Assembly (NCBI RefSeq): GCF_030144855.1
Contig: NC_082712.1
Location: 136,772,001-136,836,000, forward strand
Source of the DNA: Hypanus sabinus
Taxonomy: Eukaryota
DNA: 64,000 nucleotides
Direction: 5' to 3'
Below, piece by piece: positions 12,301 through 22,290 of this stretch. A model generated the notes under the pieces. The model was not told where the DNA came from and searched no databases. It saw nothing but the letters and a program-made list of their open reading frames with translations. The position numbers and the translations under genes were made by a program. Every line of letters begins with the position of its first letter. Position 1 is the first letter of the stretch.

Positions 12301-12725
12301 TGTGTGTGGAAGAAATAAAGGGAAAATTATGTATATTATAAATAAAGAGGTTAATGAAACATTACAAGCCATATTACCAATTATTGTGACCATAAATTAT
12401 ATTCAAACCTCCATTGAGGATGATTTGGATGTTTTTGTCAGCACCATCAAACTATGTGTTACTAACCATCAGGCAGAAAGCCTGACGGTGTTAATGTCTG
12501 ACGGTGGTGACAAAAACACACTTTTTTACATGACACGCATGAGCTGTATACAGGAGCCATCTTCTTTTTCCTCTTTTGCCTCTGGCCTCTACTTAAAATG
12601 CATAAATTTATGTCATAATTTAAAATAATTCTTTTTATACTGAAGAGACAGTGTTGACACGTCATGGTTGTGACAGTAGCAACATCAATAAATATGTAAA
12701 AATTATTGAAAAAATAGCAAACTTA

Positions 12726-12940
12726 ATCTGTTGTAAAAAAAATCACTCCCTACTTGTACATAGTTCTTTCCTTTTGCTTGTTTTTTCTTTCCACTCTTTT
12801 CTATAAGTGTATACCCCAGATAAATACTTTGTGGAGATTTTGTGATATATATGATTATATGATATATGTGTACAATGTTTGAAATACATCTGATGGAAAT
12901 GTTTGATGAACTTAAATTTAAAAAATTACAGAAAAAAAGA
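12726..12940 (+). mobile_element. 5'-truncated LINE (L1/Tx1-like) 3' end with 17-bp TSD
   Basis: AAAAAATAGCAAACTTA duplicated at 12709-12725 and 12941-12957; A-rich tail. Confidence 0.7.
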
Positions 12941-13039
12941 AAAAAATAGCAAACTTACAGGAGCTTGTTTGACCTTGTTGCATTTAGCAAATGTGGAGGG
13001 TGGGAAGGGGGTCCTCAGAAGTATACTTGAACATGTGGT

Positions 13040-16000
13040 CGCCCGGAGCGGGAGTAAGGAGTGCTCGTGATCGACAGACGACTGGAGATCGGAGGATCAG
13101 CCGTTGTAGGAAGGCCGAGACCCTCGGACCTACCTGGAGAGTACCTGAGGAGGAAGGTAAAGCTGCGCAAGCGCGGGTGACGTCAGCGGCGAGCGCGGGC
13201 TTTAAATTTCAGGGTGGGCAGCGGAGTGCGCAGGAGCAGAGTGCTGGGCTTTGGCGCAAGAGGACTTCGGCAAGAAGTCTGCTTTTCATTTATTCTGACT
13301 AATCTGGGATCAGGTCATGGGGAGACAGTTAGAGCAATGGTGTGCACCGTATGCAGTATGTGGGAGGTCAGGGTCAACACAGTTGTTCCTGATGACCACA
13401 CCTGCAAAAGGTGCATCCAGCTGCAGCTCCCATCAGACCCAGTTAGGGAATTGGAGCAGGAGCTGGATGAACTACGGATCATTCGGGAGGCAGAGATAGA
13501 TAAGTTATCGGGAGGTAGTTACACCGAAAAGACAGGAGGTAGGCAAATGGGTGACAGTCAAGAGAGGCAGGGGGAGCAGACAGAGAGAGAAGAGTGGCCG
13601 TTCCCATCAACATTAAGTATACCGTTTTGGATACTGTTGGTGGGGATGACCTACCAGGAACAAGCTGCAGTGGTCCTGTCTCTGGCACTGAGGTTGGACC
13701 CTCGACAAGGAAGGGGAGGAGGGAAGAGAAGACAGCGGTATTGATAGGGGATTCTATAGTCAGGGGGGCGGATAGGAGATTTTGTGGGGAAGATCGGGAG
13801 TCTTGGATGGTATGTTGCTTCCCTGGTGCCGGGGTCCGAGACATCTCAGATTGGGTGCAGGTTATTCTCGAGAAGGAGGGCAAGAATCCAGATGTTGTGG
13901 TCCATGTAGGGACCAATGACGTGGGTAGGATGAGTGAGGGGGTCCTGCGTAGGGAGTTCAGGGAATTAGGTGCAAAGCTGAAGAGCAGGACCTCCAGGGT
14001 AACAATCTCAGGATTGCTACCTGTGCCACGTGCGAGTGAGGCAAGGAACAGAAAGATTATAAAGATTAATACGTGGCTGAGAGGATGGTGCAGGAGGGAG
14101 AGCTTCAGGTTTGTAGATAATTGGGCTTTGTTCCAGGGAAGGTGGAATCTGTTCCGAAGGGACGGTTTACTCCTGAACTGGAGCGGCACTAACATTCTTG
14201 CAGGGAAGTTTGCTAATGCTTGTTGGGGGGGGGGGGTTAAACTAAGTTTGCAGGGGGCGGGGATCCAGAATGCGAGAGAGGATAGCGAGAGGAAGAATAA
14301 AGGACAGGTGGGGACTACACGGTTCCAGAATATTAAGTGTGTAGTAGAGAAAGGTGAGGCGGAACAAGTGATAAGGAGGACACACGTACAGAGGGATGGT
14401 CTGACAGAACATGGAGTTAAATGTGTTGAAAGAATACGTAAATTTAGGAAGGACAACAAAATTCTAGGGGCGTATAGCCCGATGGGAGTTCGGGGAGCTG
14501 GGTTAAGCACAATAGGCAGCGATTCAAACAGAGAGAGGAGAAATGGGCTAAAAATTCTATATCTGAATGCACAAAGTATCAGAAATAAGGCGGATGAGCT
14601 TGAAGCCCAGGTGCGAATGGGTAACTATGATGTTGTTGGAATTACGGAGACATGGCTGCAGGGAGGTCAGACCTGGGAAATGAATGTACAAGGGTATACG
14701 TGCTATCGTAGGGACAGAAATGTGGGCAGAGGGGGTAGGGTGGCCCTGTTGGTGACGAATGAGATTCAGTCCTTTGCAAGGGGGGACATAGGGTCAGGAG
14801 AAGTAGAGTCTGTGTGGATAGAACTGAGGAACAGTAAGGGCAAAAGGACCCAAATGGGTGTTGTCTACAGGCCACCAAACAGTAGCATGGATATTGGGTG
14901 CAAGTTGAATAGGGAGTTAACATTGGCATTAGGCAAAGGTAATGTCGCAGTAGTTATGGGGGATTTCAACATGCAGGTGAACTGGGAGAATCAGGTTGGT
15001 GCTGGACCACAGGATAGGGAGTTTGTAGAGTGCCTACGGGATGCATTCTTGGGACAGCTTGTACGAGAGCTGACAAGGGACAAAACTATTCTGGATTTAG
15101 TGTTATGTAATGAACAGGATTTGATGAGCTAACTTGCAGTAAAGGAGCCATTAGGAGGTAGTGATCATAATATGGTAAGTTTTTATCTGCAATTTGAGAA
15201 GAATAAGGGCAGCTCAGAGGTGTCAGTGTTGCAGTTGAACAGGGGAAACTATGGAGCCATGAGGGAGGAGCTGGCCAAAGTTGACTGGATGGATAGCCTA
15301 GCAGAAAAGACAGTGGAACAGCAATGGCAGGTATTCTTGGGAATAATGCATAAGGTGCAAAATCAGTTCATCCCCTAGAGAAGGAAGGATTCAAAGGGGG
15401 GAAAGGGGCCACAGTGGTTGACAAAGGAAGTCAGAGATTGCATAGCATTAAAAAAAAAGAAGTATGACAGAGCTAAGGTGAGTGGGAGGACAGAAGGTTG
15501 GGAAGTTTTTAAGGAACAACAGAACTTAACTAAAAAGACAAATACGGGGAGAAAAAATGAGGTACTAACGCAAGCTAGCCAGGAATATAAAGGAAGAGAG
15601 CAAAAGGTTTTTTAGGTATGTGAAGAGAAAGAAGATAGTTAAGAACAATGTTGGGCCCTTGAAGAATGAATTGGGTGAAATTGTTATGGGAAACAGAGAA
15701 ATGGCAGAAGAATTTAATGAGTACTTTAGTTCTGTTTTCACTAAGGAAGACACAAGCAATCTCCCAGATGTATGGATGGGCCAAGGACATAGGGTAACAG
15801 AGGAAATTAGAGGACTGACATTAGGAAGGAAACAGTGATGAGAAGACTGACGGGACTGAAGGCTGACAAACCCCAAGGTCCAGATGATCTGCATCCTAGG
15901 GTACTAAAGGAGGTGGCCCTGGAAGTTGCGGATGCATTGCTAATCATTTTCCAATGTTCCTTAAATTCAGAATCAGTTCCTGAGGATTGGAGAATGGCTA

Positions 16001-17430
16001 ATGTTATCCCACTTTTTAAGAAAGGAGGGAGGGAGAAAACAGAGAACTATCGACCTGTCAGCCTGACATCGGTGGTGGGGAAGATGCTAGAGTCCATTAT
16101 TAAGGATGAAATAGTGGCATATCTAGATAGCAGTGATAGGGTTGGGCCGAGCCAGCATGGATTTACCAAGGGTAAATAATGCTTGACTAATCTGTTGGAG
16201 TTTTTCGAGGATGTAACCAGGAAGTTAGACGGGGGAGATCCAGTGGATGTAGTGTGCCTCGATTTTCAGAAGGCATTTGATAAGGTCCCACATAGGAGAT
16301 TGGTGGGTAAAATCAAAGCTCAGGGCATCGGGAGGAAGACATTGACATGGATAGAAAACTGGTTGGCAGATAGAAAGCAAAGGGTAGCGGTGAATGGGTG
16401 TTTCTCGGAATGGCAGGTGGTGACTAGTGGGGAGCCACTGGGCTCGGTATTGGGACCACAGCTGTTTACAATTTACGTCAACGATTTGGATGAAGGCATT
16501 GAAAATAACATCAGCAAATTTTCTGATAATACTAAGCTGTGTGGCAGTGTGACATGTGCTGAGTATGTTAGGAGAATTCAGGGTGACTTGGATAGGCTGG
16601 ATGAGTGGGCAGATACTTGGCAGATGACGTTTAATGTGAATAAGTATGAGGTTCTCCACTTTGGGAGTAAGAACAGGAAGGCAGATTATTATCTGAACAG
16701 TGTAGAGTTAGGTAAGGGAGAAATACAAAGAGATCTAGGAGTCCTTGTTCATCAGTCACTGATGGTGAATGAGCAAGTGCAGCAGGCAGTGAAGAAGGCT
16801 AATGGAATATTGGCCTTTATTACAAAGGGAATTGAGTACAAGAGCAAGGAAATCCTCTTGCATTTGTACAGAGCCCTAGTGAGGCCACACCTGGAGTATT
16901 GTGTACAGTTTTGGTCTCCAGCGTTAAGGAAGGACATCCTGGCTGTAGAGGAAGTGCAGCGTAGATTCACGAGGTTAATTCCTGGGATGTCTGGACTGTC
17001 TTACGCAGAGAGGTTAGAGAGACTGGGCTTGTACACGCTGGAATTAAGGAGATTGAGAGGCGATCTGATTGAAACATATAAGATTATTAAGGGATTGGAC
17101 AAGATAGAGGCAGGAAATATGTTCCAGATGCTGGGAGAGTCCTGTACCAGAGGGCATGGTTTGAGAATAAGGTCATTTAGGACAGAGTTAAGGAAAAATT
17201 TCTCCCAGAGAATTGTGGGGGTCTGGAATGCACTGCCTCGGAAGACAGTGGAGGCCAATTCTCTGGATGTTTTCAAGAAGGAGCTAGATAGGTATCTTAT
17301 GGATAGGGGAATCAAGGGAAATGGGGACAAGGCAGGAACCGGGTATTGATAGTACTTGATCATCCATGATCTCAAAATGGCAGTGCAGGCTCGAAGGGCC
17401 GAATGGTCTACTTCTGCACCTATTGTCTAT
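13040..17430 (+). mobile_element. Near full-length CR1 LINE (ORF1 zinc finger + SGNH esterase; ORF2 APE endonuclease + RT), disrupted
   Basis: CTVC...CKRC; LIGDSIVRG, VVVHVGTND; LYLNAQSIRNK, VGITETW, GDFN; NYRPVSLTS, LDFQKAFDKV, FSDNTK; 3' tail cctattgtctatt; several stops and frameshifts. Confidence 0.95.
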
Positions 17431-17789
17431 TATTTTTTATAAATATTTGACTGTGTTGACAAAAACGTGGGGCACATTTTGAGCAACCTCAAAATAAGAG
17501 TAAATATTGTTGAAAATTCACTGCTTTTGGTTTTAAAGAGGGTTTTCACTCCACTCTTTCATCTGGCATATATATTATACATTTTAAATGTTTTTTCACA
17601 CTTTTTTATCAAATCAAAATGACAATCTCTTGTCTGAGGACAACTGATTTTGTGGGTACTGGGCTATTATATAATCATATAATTTAAAAAACTAAAAACA
17701 AACGTATGAAAAAATGTTGCATTTGTGCAAAAGACCCTCAGATGATCAACCCTGATTATTTTAAATAAGAAAATGTTATTCATTTTCAA

Positions 17790-18345
17790 TGGAATTAGCC
17801 CTTTTCTTCGTGGGACATGTTTTCCCCGAAGTCTCAAGTATCAAGTTAGAAAAGTCCATTCCCACCGCCCATCCTCGTCACATTCTACAGAGGATGTATC
17901 GAGAGCATTCTGAGCAGCTGCATCGGTTCGGGAATTGCACCGTCTCAGTGGACCGAGCACACAGCCCTGGGGGGCCCCCGTGCTCAGTGTGATGGTGTTG
18001 GAGATGCTGCTTCCGATCCGGACTTACTGAGGTCTCCCAGTCAGGAAGTCTGGGATCCAGTTGCAGAGGACGGTGTGCAGGTCCAGCCGTTTCAGCTTTC
18101 CAATCAGGTGCTGAATGCTGAGCTGAAGTCTATGAACAGCATTCGAACGGTCGGGTCTTTTTTTGTGCAGGTGTGTGAGGGCCAGGTGGAAGGTGGTGGC
18201 GATGGCGTCGTCTGTTGAGCGGTTGGGACGATACGCGAACTGCAGGGAGTCCAATGATGGGGGTAGCAGGGTCTTGATGTGCCTCATGACGAGCCTCTCG
18301 AAACACTTCATGATGATGGATGTGAGTACAACGGGACGGTAGAAT
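17790..18345 (-). mobile_element. Rex1/Babar LINE RT fragment
   Basis: MKCFERLV...[15 protein letters not shown]...[14 protein letters not shown]. Confidence 0.85.
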
Positions 18346-20410
18346 GGAGAATGGAGGATAAGCTTTTAACAGACACCTTCATTATATCTAAAGCAACCCC
18401 GCTTCCCCTGCTGGGTCAAGAGACCCTTTGTTAATTAGGGCAACACTGCACTGTACGGCTGAAGGTATATAACATGGAGCTTCCTCAAATTGGGGTCCCC
18501 CAAATGCTAGAATTCATGAATGGGCTGGAAAAGGACAGTTCAGAACCCACACTATACTGCTGGCAGCTGGATAGCAATCTTCATGCTTGGCCAGTCCAGA
18601 GACTGTATGGCACATTGATAGGGAGAGCCAACCTCTGCATAGAAAATCTGCAAGACTTGATAACAACAGCGGAGAAAGAAGCAGCTCCTCTGCACGGTCT
18701 ATTACACTTTACAAACAGACCCGCACTATGATCAAGCTGTACACCTTTATTTAAACGGTAAAGGAAAGCTGAAGGCAGCACCGTATGCGTATTTTGGTCC
18801 CGAGGGATGAGGGATCCTGGAAGATCAGGAAAAAAGATTCCGACTAGGGGACTCCTCAATTCCTTATTTGACAGCGGCCATAAAACCACCAGCAAAACCT
18901 AAAGATATCGGGACGATGATAAAACGATTAGTGAAAGAAACCAAGGCTATTTGTACTATAACTCTGCCGGTACTGGGACAATAAGCGCCAATACAGAAGA
19001 GGAAGATTATGTTAAAATCCGAGAGCTGGGAAACAACCTGTGAAAAGCAACAGCTACCAGCAGAAGACCCTCTACTTCCCCCTAGAGCCTTAGCGCGGGT
19101 ACAGGGAACCTATGGGCCCAATATAACTGTCATGTGGGAAAGTCCCAAACAGCTCCGGAGCTCCGGGACTCCAAAAAAGAACGTGCCACTGCCCTGTATT
19201 AAACAGTACCGTACAGCTACTGAAGCTGAAGAGGGTATGTTCCAGTATCGACTCATTATTGCAGCAAGGGGTGCTGGTGAAGACGCCAAGCCTATACAAG
19301 ATCTCTATATTATCTATCCCAAAAGCGGGCCGGAGAAACGAGTGGCGTTTTATGCAGGACCTAAGAGCCATTGTGCTGGACACTAACAATATGCTTACTT
19401 CTATACCTGCGGAAGCTAGTACCTTTACTGTAGTCGACAGGTGTTCAGCAGTTTTCTCCATACCTTTGCACAAGGATAGCCAGTATTTATTTACCTTTAC
19501 TTATAAGAATCAGCAATATACGTGGATACGTCTGCCCTAGGGGTATACCGAAAGCCCCACAGTTTATGCTGCAGCAGTTAAAAATGATTTGGCCGAATAC
19601 CTGCTGTCTGAATATTCCACCCTGATTCAGTATGCAGACAGCAGGAGGAATGATGCAAGAACTGTGGTGAACATACTGATGAAAGAAGTTATACCTAGGT
19701 TTGGAATTCCCCTAGGGATAAATAGCGACAGGGCCCATTTTACAAATAAATTAGTACAGGGACTGAGGGAAGCCTTGGGGTTCCAGTGGAAATTGCATAT
19801 CCCCTACCAGCCTCAGTCCTGAGGTATGGTGGAAAGAGCAAACAGGGGAATAAAAACGACTTAAGACAAAAGTTTGTCAGCAAAAAGGTCTCGGATGGCC
19901 AAAGGCACTGTACACTCTGCGAAATCAGATACAGGACTTACCCCTCATGAAATTTGGACGGGGTGGCCTATGACAACAGGAATTAAGCCTCCCATGACCC
20001 CAGAGAACGTAGCGCTAATATGGAATAACGAGAAGACACTGAAATACGCACAAGCGTTGTGTCAGAAGGTGGGGAAATGAGAGGGTCCGGCAAATCCAGG
20101 CACCTTTAACTGAAGGTAACGTGCATCCGTTTTAGCTGGGAGATAAAATATAAGTGAGATCAATGATTAAAGATTCTTTCTCTCCCAGGTGGAAAGGCCC
20201 CTACCCATTGCTGCTGACGACCCGTACAGCCGTTAAGGTGAAGGCGAAATAAAACACTGAACAAGGAACATCTTCCCCGAGATAAAAGAACGGCGCTAAG
20301 AACTAAGAACCAAGCATTATTGAGAGACTGGAAAAGAAATCTATAATTGTAACAGAGTAGATCATTTTCCCAACCGCAGCAGCCAGCCCATTGCCGAGGG
20401 AGCCATGATA
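18345..20410 (+). pseudogene. Class I (gamma/epsilon-like) endogenous retrovirus pol relic with internal deletions
   Basis: Protease C-terminus (TPLPLLGQETL); RT (QQGVLVKT...WRFMQDLRAI...FSIPL...QYLFTFTY...QYTWIRLP*GYTESP...LIQYAD); integrase (KEVIPRFGIP...INSD...WKLHIPYQPQS*GMVERAN); GPY-LLTTRTAVKV C-terminal motif. No LTR or gag seen. Confidence 0.88.
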
Positions 20411-20617
20411 CACCAGGGATGGGCAACCTACGGCGCATTGCACCCCAGTGATGATGATAAAAATAAGTCTACTTATGCAAAAAGTATTAACCAAAAACCG
20501 ATTTGTAGAAAAAAAATCTATAACAGGAATTCAAGTAGCTTAGAGCTAGAAACGTGTTTTACTGAGAATAAATCTAAAACTTCAGCAATTATTTTTAGCG
20601 ATTTTATTATTTAGTGC

Positions 20618-20837
20618 TGATGCACCATCAATAACTCTGGGAGACGTGAAGCGAGAGATAGGCTTTAATTAGCTGGAAGAGACAGCTCTACCAGCAGCAA
20701 GAGACCACCACACAACATCCTGGAGACTGAGAGAGGAGCAGTGCCTCCAATCGCCTTTATACAGGGGTCTGTGGGAGGAGCCACAGGAGGAGTCAACAGG
20801 GGGGGCATGTCCAGACAGGTATATGTAGTTCACCACA
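20618..20837 (-). mobile_element. 220-bp solo LTR with 5-bp TSD
   Basis: TG...CA termini; AGTGC at 20613-20617 and 20838-20842; TATA-like tgtataaa and aattaaa on the minus strand. Confidence 0.8.
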
Positions 20838-21020
20838 AGTGCACATTTTTTTGGTGCATGTTAACTTCTTACACATTAATTTGTTTTCAGTTAAAAATGT
20901 TCAATGAGTCAAACTGGGAAAGACGGACTTTTGTTCTGTAGTCCTTCCATAACTGTTCAATACATGTTTGATCCTGAGGCCACAGGCGTCTGCACTGGCG
21001 ATGCGTCGTAGTTTTTGCCA

Positions 21021-22290
21021 CAAAAATACAACTGCAGATGCTGTGGATTGAAGAATACGTACACAACGCTGGGAGAACTCAGCAGGTCGGGCAGCATCCG
21101 TGAGAAAAGAGTTTCGTGAAAAACGTTTCGGGCCGAGACCCTTCATCAGGAATTGGGGGGGGGGGGGAGAAAGGGCCGAAGCCCAGTAATAGAGATGGGG
21201 AGGGGGTAGGGCCTAGAGACACCACGTGGAAAACCAATCAGAGGAAAGATAAAGGGGGGAGGGGGAAAGGATAAGCATGAAAGAACTGTAGAGATAAAGA
21301 AGCAGTAAGTTGAAAGGGGAGAGAGGCAGAGAGGGACCTGGGATAGGGGGAGGGAGAGGGAATTACTGGAAATTGGAGAATTCAATGTTCATACCACCAG
21401 GCTGGAGGCTACTGAGACGGTAGATGAGGTGTTGCTCCTCCAACATGAGTTTGGCTTCATCATGGCAGTAGAGGAGGCCATGTATGGACATATCTAGACG
21501 GGAATGAGAGGCAGAGTTGAAGTGGGAGGCAACCGGGAGGTCCTGTCTATTGTGACGTACGGAGCGTAGGTGCTCGACGAAGCGGTCCCCCAACCTGCGT
21601 CGGGTCTCGCCGATGTAGAGGAGGTCGCACCAGGAGCACCAGATGCAATAACAGACTCGCAGATGAAGTGTTGCCTCACCTGGAAGGACTGTCTGGGGCC
21701 CGGAATGGTGGTAATGGTGTGGGGACAGGTGTAGCATTTGCGCTTTCAGGGATAAGTGCCAGATGGGAGTCCTGTGGAGAGGGACGTGTGGACCAGGTAG
21801 TCGCAGAGGGAACGATCCCTGCGAAAAGCTGAGAGGGGTGGGAGGGAAAGGTGTGCTTGGTGGTGGGGTCCTGTTGAAGGTGGCGTAAGTTGCGGAGGAT
21901 AATATGCTGGATCCGGAAGCAGGTGAGGACAAGGGGAACCCTGTCCCTGTTGTGGTAACGGGAGGATGGGTTAAGGGCTGAAGTGCGGGAAGTGGAGGAG
22001 ATGCGGGTGAGGGCATCTTTGATGATGCCAAGAGGGAAACCACGATCCTGAAAGAAAGAGGACATTTGAGAAGTCCTGGAATGGAAAGCCTCATCCTGGG
22101 AGCAGATGCGGTGGAGACGGAGGAACTGGGAATAGGGAATGGCATTTTTGCATTGGGTAGGGTGGGAAGAGGTATAGTCAAGATGGTTATGGGTATCAAT
22201 GGGTTTGTAGAAGATGTCAGTGGATAGCCTGTCTCCAGAGATGGAGACCAAGAGATCAAGAAAGGGGACAGAAGTGTCCGAGATGGACCA
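21021..22290 (-). mobile_element. Penelope-like element, 5'-truncated (RT thumb + GIY-YIG endonuclease + hammerhead core), 11-bp TSD
   Basis: DIFYKP..HLDYTSSHP...KNAIPYSQFLRLHRICS; YCIWC..C.LLYIGETRRRL..RFVEH...HFN...GMN; AGTTTTTGCCA at 21010-21020 and 22291-22301. Confidence 0.9.
21122..21149 (-). ncRNA. Hammerhead ribozyme core in a PLE terminal repeat
   Basis: Minus strand CTGATGA-AGGGTCTCGGCCC-GAAAC-GTT; stem I not evident. Confidence 0.6.

Larger units (their letters stand above)
10181..17739 (-). mobile_element. Internally deleted DNA transposon (tentatively Sola2-like) carrying nested L1 and CR1 insertions
   Basis: The minus strand encodes a frameshifted basic N-terminus (LSVEERR...YLRKKKQRWKK...KIKTISDLNERE, about 11900-12120) abutting a C-terminal region (MRKIHQVI...RSLSCFC...GDWLAVIYGQSWW...VKFFHPYGP, 10903-11560). 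Inverted ttttgtcaacacagtca at 10271 and 17448; GAG...CTC candidate termini; no TSD found, so boundaries are approximate. Confidence 0.5.

Noticed and set aside
13479-14510. 343-aa minus-strand ORF
   Set aside because: It is the antisense frame of CR1 ORF1, with no independent motif.
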